Shown: positions 47,693 to 53,086 of the stretch, piece after piece | Numbering within the stretch: position 1 is the stretch's first letter | How the letters are laid out: each line of letters starts with the position of its first letter | DNA from: Pseudomonadota bacterium | GTDB lineage: Bacteria; Pseudomonadota; Alphaproteobacteria; Sphingomonadales; Sphingomonadaceae | NCBI GenBank assembly: GCA_040385975.1 | Contig: JAZKGJ010000073.1 | Span: 1 to 53,086 of the forward strand | Length of the DNA stretch: 53,086 nt | Direction: 5' to 3' | Notes under the pieces: generated by a model | Databases searched by the model: none | Told to the model about the DNA's origin: nothing | What the model saw: only the letters and a program-made list of their open reading frames with translations | Made by a program: the position numbers and the translations under genes

Positions 47693-48850
47693 ATGCGGAT
47701 GCTTTGGATCGCGGCGGCGGTGCTGGTGACGGCGGCCGGTGGCAGCGCGCAGGCACAGGTCGTGACCGGCGGCGTCGGCGCAAATGTCGGTTACGGCTAT
47801 CCCAGCGGGCCGGGGTACGGCGGCGGCTATGTCGACGGGCGCTGGTATGCCGGAACGCGCGCGCCGGGCGGCTGGAACGCGTACCGCCGACCGCAGCGCG
47901 GATGGCAGATGCCGGGATACTGGCGCTCGCCCGAATATCGCATCCAGAATTATGCGGCTTATGGGTTGCAGGCGCCGCCCTACGGTTACGGCTGGTCGCG
48001 TTATTACGACGACGCGGTGCTCGTCGATGGCAACGGGCAGGTTTACGATAGCGTCAGCGGGCTCGACTGGCGGCGGACCGATCAGCCTTATTCGACCGGC
48101 TACGGCTATCCCAGCCAAGGCTATTGGAATTCGCCGAATGGCAACGGCTACGATCCGCGCTGCGACGACCGGCGCGGCAGCGGCGTCGGCGGCGCCTTGG
48201 TCGGCGGCGCGTTGGGCGCGGGCGTGGGTTACGGTGTCGCGGGACGCGGCAATCGGCTGGGCGGGGCGCTGATCGGCGGTGGGCTCGGCGCGCTGGCCGG
48301 GCAGGCGATCGATCGCGGCGGACGGCGGAGCGATCCGAATTGCCATTACGCGCAGGGGTATCAGCAGGGCGGCTATGCCGGGCAGGGTTCGGCGGGCCAA
48401 GGCGGCTATGCCTATGCCGACGAAAATTACGCCTATGCGCAGGGCGGTCAGGGCGGCTACGTCCAGCAGCAACAGCAGCAGTATGTGCAGCAAGGCTATA
48501 GCTATGCGCCCGGCATCACTGCGACCGCGACCTGGGAAGGCGGGCGGTCCGAGCCGGTGACGACCACGACGACGACCACCACCGAAACCACCGAATATAT
48601 CGACGAGCCGCAGGTCGTGTACGAACCGGTGCGCGAGCGCGTGGTCTATCGCACCGGCCCGACCCGGGTGATCTACAAGCAGGCACCGGCCCGCGTGGTC
48701 TATCGCACCGCGCCGCCGCAGGTCGTCTATCGCACCGTCGTCAAGAAGGTACCGGTGTACCGCAAGCCCGCGCGCAAGTGGCGCCCGACGCCGCAGCCGA
48801 CGTATCGCTGCGTCGACCCGTGCGAGTGCGGGAAGGTGTGCGGCAGCTAG
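47693..48850 (+). CDS. Exported RcnB-like / glycine-zipper repeat protein
   Basis: Signal peptide; YGLQAPPYGYGWSRYYDDAVLV; GGALVGGALGAGVG zipper; repeat-rich C-terminal half. Confidence 0.8.
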   Translation: MRMLWIAAAVLVTAAGGSAQAQVVTGGVGANVGYGYPSGPGYGGGYVDGRWYAGTRAPGGWNAYRRPQRGWQMPGYWRSPEYRIQNYAAYGLQAPPYGYGWSRYYDDAVLVDGNGQVYDSVSGLDWRRTDQPYSTGYGYPSQGYWNSPNGNGYDPRCDDRRGSGVGGALVGGALGAGVGYGVAGRGNRLGGALIGGGLGALAGQAIDRGGRRSDPNCHYAQGYQQGGYAGQGSAGQGGYAYADENYAYAQGGQGGYVQQQQQQYVQQGYSYAPGITATATWEGGRSEPVTTTTTTTTETTEYIDEPQVVYEPVRERVVYRTGPTRVIYKQAPARVVYRTAPPQVVYRTVVKKVPVYRKPARKWRPTPQPTYRCVDPCECGKVCGS

Positions 48851-49302
48851 GAAAGCCGGTCGATCGCGTCGCGGTCGAGGCGGCCGGGGATGATCATCAG
48901 CGGAATCGGCAGCGCGCCCGCATCGGTTCCGGTGAAGTGACTGACCAGCGCGCCCGGCGCGCCGGTGGCGGCGGCGCCGAGCACCAGCGCGGCGATCGCG
49001 GGATTGCCGGCGATGATCTCCCGGATGATCGCCGCGCCATCGCCTTCGCGCACCGTGATCGACGGACGCAGCCCCGATTCCTCGAGCAGCGTCCCGGCCG
49101 CCGCCGCGACCAGCGCCTGCGCGTGGGTGCGCGCCTCGTCCTCGATGGTGGCCTGAACCCCGCCGAACGCGATGAATTCCTGATGCGGGATGAGCGCCAG
49201 GATCTCGACCCCGCCGCCGGTCTTGACCGCGCGCCGTGCCGCGAAGCGCAGCGCGATCCCGCTTTCGGGGGTGTCGTCGATCACGACCAGATAGACGCGC
49301 AT
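48847..49302 (-). CDS. Universal stress protein
   Basis: YLVVIDD, LVLGA, IPLMIIPG; GGGAGGG SD. Confidence 0.85.
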   Translation of the reverse strand: MRVYLVVIDDTPESGIALRFAARRAVKTGGGVEILALIPHQEFIAFGGVQATIEDEARTHAQALVAAAAGTLLEESGLRPSITVREGDGAAIIREIIAGNPAIAALVLGAAATGAPGALVSHFTGTDAGALPIPLMIIPGRLDRDAIDRLS

Positions 49303-49423
49303 CCGTTGACCCCTCCCGCTGCGGCACGAGGTTGGCGCGCCAGCGACCGCTGCGCAAGGGTCGCTTGACCCTAAGGCCCTGCGGCGCGAGAGACGGACCG
49401 CCCCAGGAGGAAGCGGTTTTACC

Positions 49424-50749
49424 ATGCCGATCGAGATCAAGATGCCCGCGCTGTCGCCGACGATGGAGGAGGGCACGTTGGCCAAATGGCTGGTCAAGGC
49501 GGGCGACACGGTAAAGTCGGGCGACCTGCTGGCGGAGATCGAGACCGACAAGGCGACGATGGAATTCGAAGCGGTCGACGAGGGCGTGATTGCGAGCATC
49601 GACGTCGCCGAGGGCACCGACGGGGTGAAGGTCGGAACCGTCATCGCGACGATCGCGAGCGAGGGGGAAGAGGCTTCGGTGTCGCGTGAGGCAGCGGCAC
49701 CGAAAGAGAGGGCGGAAGAAAAGCGCTCTCCCCTTCAGGGGAGAGGGTTGGGAGAGGGGGCTGTCGATCTGGCGCAGCCTTCTCCAGATAGTCCCCTCTC
49801 CCCGACCCCCTCCCCTAAAGGAGAGGGGGAGGAAGCCGCCCCTACCACCCGCATCACCGCCTCCCCGCTTGCCCGTCGGATCGCTGCCGAAAAAGGCGTG
49901 GACCTGTCCGCGCTCACCGGTTCCGGCCCCAACGGGCGGGTCGTGAAGGCGGACGTCGAGCGTGCCAGGCCCGGCACCGCGGTTCCGCAGGCGACGCAGC
50001 CGATCGCGGCCCCCGCCGTCGCCCCCGCCGAAGCCAAGGCAATCTGGTTCGACGAGAGCATCCCGCACACCGCCGACAAGCTCAGCAACATCCGCAAGAC
50101 GATCGCGCGCCGCCTGACCGAGGCGAAGCAAACGATTCCGCACATCTACCTTACGGTCGATATCCGGCTCGACGCGCTGCTCAAACTGCGCGGCGAACTG
50201 AATGCGGCGCTGGAAGCGCGTGGGGTCAAATTGTCGGTCAACGACCTGCTGATCAAGGCATTGGGTGTCGCGCTGATCCAGGTGCCCAAGTGCAACGTCA
50301 CCTTCGCGGGCGATCAGCTGATCAGCTATCAACGTGCCGACGTGTCGGTCGCGGTCTCGACCCCGTCGGGGCTCATCACCCCGATCATCCGCGATGCCGC
50401 CAATGCCAGCGTGTCGAGCATCGCCACGGGGATGAAAGAACTCGCCGAACGCGCGCGCGACAACAAGCTGAAGCCCGAGGAATATCAGGGCGGCACCGCC
50501 TCGCTCAGCAACATGGGCATGTACGGGATCAAACAATTCGATGCGGTCATCAACCCGCCGCAGGGGATGATCATGGCGGTCGGCGCGGGTGAGCCACGGC
50601 CCTGTGTGATCGACGGCGCACTCGGCGTCGCGATGGTGATGTCGGCGACCGGCAGCTTCGACCACCGCGCGATCGACGGCGCGGATGGCGCGGAGCTGAT
50701 GAAGGCGTTCAAGGCGCTGGTCGAAGCGCCGCTCGGGCTGCTGGCGTAG
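49424..50749 (+). CDS. pdhC: Pyruvate dehydrogenase E2, dihydrolipoamide acetyltransferase
   Basis: [16 protein letters not shown] lipoyl Lys, ASPLARR...GSGPNGR, DHRAIDG. Confidence 0.96.
   Translation: MPIEIKMPALSPTMEEGTLAKWLVKAGDTVKSGDLLAEIETDKATMEFEAVDEGVIASIDVAEGTDGVKVGTVIATIASEGEEASVSREAAAPKERAEEKRSPLQGRGLGEGAVDLAQPSPDSPLSPTPSPKGEGEEAAPTTRITASPLARRIAAEKGVDLSALTGSGPNGRVVKADVERARPGTAVPQATQPIAAPAVAPAEAKAIWFDESIPHTADKLSNIRKTIARRLTEAKQTIPHIYLTVDIRLDALLKLRGELNAALEARGVKLSVNDLLIKALGVALIQVPKCNVTFAGDQLISYQRADVSVAVSTPSGLITPIIRDAANASVSSIATGMKELAERARDNKLKPEEYQGGTASLSNMGMYGIKQFDAVINPPQGMIMAVGAGEPRPCVIDGALGVAMVMSATGSFDHRAIDGADGAELMKAFKALVEAPLGLLA
49726..49829. repeat. Palindromic element inside the pdhC linker
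   Basis: Terminal hairpins CTCTCCCCT-TC-AGGGGAGAG and CCCCCTCCCCT-AA-AGGAGAGGGGG; inner arms GGGAGAGGGG/CCCCTCTCCC. Confidence 0.8.
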
Positions 50750-50761
50750 GCGCGAGAGCGG

Positions 50762-50962
50762 GTGCGCCACACCCTGATCGAACTGGCCCATCTCGCCGCG
50801 GGGCTGATCGTCGTCGCGCTGCTGACCTGGGGCGCGGCGTGGGCCTATCCGCTGGGCGCACCCGAAGTTCGCGTGATCGGCGGAGTTGCGTTCGTGCTGG
50901 TGGTGCTGATCAACGTCCGCGCGGTGCGCGAGGCGCTGGCGAAGGACCGTGCAAATGGCTGA
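50762..50962 (+). CDS. Small two-TM membrane protein
   Basis: Two hydrophobic segments; fills the gap and overlaps the next start codon. Confidence 0.65.
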   Translation: MRHTLIELAHLAAGLIVVALLTWGAAWAYPLGAPEVRVIGGVAFVLVVLINVRAVREALAKDRANG

Positions 50963-51353
50963 GTCGGACCGGCGCGACCCCGCGATCCGCGTCACCGCGA
51001 TGCCCGCCGACGCCAATGTCTATGGCGACATCTTCGGCGGCTGGCTGATGGGCCAGATGGACCTCGCCGCCGGACTGGTCGCCGCGCGTCACGCGCATGG
51101 CCGCGCGGTGACGGTGGCGATGGACGGAATGCAGTTCCACGCCCCCGTGCAGATCGGCGACGAGGTTTCGGTCTACGCCACACTGGAGCGGGTCGGGAGG
51201 ACCAGCATGACCGTCGCGGTCGAGGCGTGGGCACGGGATCGGCACAAGGATGACAGCCGCAAGGTGACCGAAGCGCGGTTCACGTTCGTGGCGGTAGACG
51301 GGGACCGGAAGCCGCGGGTGGTGAGCTCTGCTGCGGAGAGATCGAGCGGATGA
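50955..51353 (+). CDS. Acyl-CoA thioesterase (hotdog fold, YciA-like)
   Basis: MPADANVYGDIFGGWLMGQMD, VGRTSM, FTFVAVD. Confidence 0.92.
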   Translation: MAESDRRDPAIRVTAMPADANVYGDIFGGWLMGQMDLAAGLVAARHAHGRAVTVAMDGMQFHAPVQIGDEVSVYATLERVGRTSMTVAVEAWARDRHKDDSRKVTEARFTFVAVDGDRKPRVVSSAAERSSG

Positions 51354-51772
51354 GATTGCATTGGCCCGTCGATGGGATGGAAGTTGGCGCTGTGGCCTTG
51401 ATGGGTTGGCTCAGCGGTACACTCATCGTGTCGATGTGTCTGGGCCCTTATGGCCTCTGGGGCATTGGCTTGTCATACGAGGCAATACTAGCTTCTCCAG
51501 TTGTCTTTGTAGGCCTTCTCTTTGGAGTAGGCCTCGCTAGCTTGCCTTGGGCGCTGCCTACAGGCTTCTTCGTGGCGTTTTTTTTGCGGTTGTTTTCGGC
51601 GTCGAGAAACATCGCCGTAGGGACAGGCATTTTGGTCGGCTGTGCTTATGCGGTTGGCCTGTCGCGGCTACCAGTCGAGTGGCAGTGGTGGTCCGATTTT
51701 TGGTGGGTCGCATTGCTGTTCGGTGCTTCCCTCGGAATAATTTACGCGAGAGTGATCGACACTGATGACTGA
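51350..51772 (+). CDS. Low-GC multi-TM hypothetical membrane protein
   Basis: Open frame overlapping both neighbours; about four hydrophobic helices; about 50-55% GC in sampled lines. Confidence 0.6.
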   Translation: MRLHWPVDGMEVGAVALMGWLSGTLIVSMCLGPYGLWGIGLSYEAILASPVVFVGLLFGVGLASLPWALPTGFFVAFFLRLFSASRNIAVGTGILVGCAYAVGLSRLPVEWQWWSDFWWVALLFGASLGIIYARVIDTDD

Positions 51773-53086
51773 AAGCTACGACCTCATCGTGCTCGGTTCC
51801 GGACCGGGCGGCTATGTCGCCGCGATCCGCGCCAGCCAGCTCGGGCTCAAGACCGCGATCGTCGAGCGGGAGTTGCTGGGCGGGATCTGCCTCAATTGGG
51901 GGTGCATTCCGACCAAGGCGCTGCTGCGCTCGGCGGAGATCCTGCACTACATGCAGCACGCCAAGGATTACGGGCTCGCCGCCGACAACATCACCGCCGA
52001 CCTTGCCGCGGTGGTGAAGCGCTCGCGCGGGGTGGCGAAGCAGCTCAATCAGGGCGTCACGCACCTGATGAAGAAGAACAAGATCGCGGTCCACATGGGT
52101 ACCGGCAAGCTGGCCGGCCAAGGCAAGCTGACCGTCACCGACAAGGACGGCAAGACGACCGAACTGGCGGCGAAGCACATCATCGTCGCGACCGGCGCGC
52201 GGGCGCGGGATTTGCCCAATTTGCCGGCGGACGGGAAACGCGTGTGGACCTATCGCCATGCGATGACGCCGCCCGAACTGCCGACCAAACTGCTGGTGAT
52301 CGGATCGGGCGCAATCGGGATCGAATTCGCCAGTTTCTATAACGACGTGGGCGCCGAAGTTACCGTAATCGAGATGATGGACCGGATCGTGCCAGTCGAG
52401 GACGCCGACGTGTCCGCGTTCCTCGAGAAGTCGTTGGCCAAGCAGGGAATGCGGATCATGACCGGGGCGGGGGTCAGCGACCTGAAGGCGGGTCCGAATG
52501 GCGTCAGTGCGAGGCTGAAGGACAAGGCCGGCAAGGAAACCGCCGAGGACTTTAGCCATGTCATCGTCGCAATCGGCATCGTGCCCAACACCGCCGACAT
52601 CGGGCTGAAAGAAGCGGGCGTCGCGATGGATGAGCGCGGGTTCCTGAAGACCGGGCCGGACTGCAAGACCAACGTGGAAGGTCTCTACGCGATCGGCGAC
52701 ATCACCGCGCCGCCGTGGCTGGCGCACAAGGCGAGCCACGAGGGCGTGATCGCGGCCGAGGCGATTGCCGGCAACCACCCCCACGCGATGAACCCGCTTA
52801 ACATCCCGGGCTGCACCTATTGCCACCCGCAGGTTGCGAGCGTCGGGCTGACCGAGGCCAAGGCGAAGGAAGCAGGCTACCAGGTCAAGGCCGGCACCTT
52901 CCCCTTCATCGGCAACGGCAAGGCGATCGCGCTGGGCGAGGCGGAGGGGTTCATCAAGACCGTGTTCGACGCCAAGACCGGCGAGCTGCTCGGCGCGCAC
53001 ATGGTCGGCGCCGAGGTCACCGAACTGATCCAGGGCTATGCCGTCGGCAAGACGCTGGAGACGACCGAGGCGGAGCTGATGGAAAC
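51765..53086 (+). CDS. lpdA: Dihydrolipoamide dehydrogenase; 3'-truncated by window
   Basis: Own translation MTESYDLIVLGSGPGGYVAAIR...GGICLNWGCIPTK; IGSGAIG; YAIGD. Absent from the ORF track because it has no stop in the window. Confidence 0.96.
   Translation, partial: MTESYDLIVLGSGPGGYVAAIRASQLGLKTAIVERELLGGICLNWGCIPTKALLRSAEILHYMQHAKDYGLAADNITADLAAVVKRSRGVAKQLNQGVTHLMKKNKIAVHMGTGKLAGQGKLTVTDKDGKTTELAAKHIIVATGARARDLPNLPADGKRVWTYRHAMTPPELPTKLLVIGSGAIGIEFASFYNDVGAEVTVIEMMDRIVPVEDADVSAFLEKSLAKQGMRIMTGAGVSDLKAGPNGVSARLKDKAGKETAEDFSHVIVAIGIVPNTADIGLKEAGVAMDERGFLKTGPDCKTNVEGLYAIGDITAPPWLAHKASHEGVIAAEAIAGNHPHAMNPLNIPGCTYCHPQVASVGLTEAKAKEAGYQVKAGTFPFIGNGKAIALGEAEGFIKTVFDAKTGELLGAHMVGAEVTELIQGYAVGKTLETTEAELME

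Noticed and set aside
47633-51016. 1127-aa minus-strand ORF
   Set aside because: Shadow of the RcnB-like gene and pdhC; no recognisable domain
1-53086. CRISPR array, tRNA/rRNA, IS transposase, prophage or defence island
   Set aside because: No regularly spaced direct repeats, cloverleaf or rRNA signatures, or such protein motifs seen; the palindromic repeats are dispersed single units

Overview
GC-rich alphaproteobacterial chromosome, most likely Sphingomonas or another Sphingomonadaceae member (inferred from ctrA, gene content, split metH and repeat types). About 54 CDS, mostly core genes: ada (partial), priA, fsa, xerC, gshB-yraN-rsmI/lpoA-like, hemW, bdhA, a RamB/ScfR regulator with aceA, a SahR-metF-split metH operon, a TonB-dependent receptor, a PafA/PhoK phosphatase, dsbD/scsB-redoxin, a CP-ATP-grasp/alpha-E/transglutaminase module, ate/bpt, ilvA, ctrA, arfB, msrC, pdhC and lpdA (partial). 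I saw no rRNA, tRNA, CRISPR array, transposase or prophage. Main leads: (1) a palindromic DNA element apparently inserted in frame in the pdhC linker; (2) a peptide-ligase module whose transglutaminase has Pro at the catalytic Cys position, whose ligase ends in an MSQ-repeat tail, and which directly abuts an envelope redox pair; (3) a 91-aa exported stand-alone ExbD-like protein coupled to the RamB-like gene; (4) an RcnB/Gly-zipper protein with 27-bp-period VVY repeats and a Cys tail; (5) two families of intergenic palindromic repeats, all between co-oriented genes; (6) readable operators for RamB, SahR and CtrA, plus a GANTC cluster. Family names come from motif recognition, not database searches.
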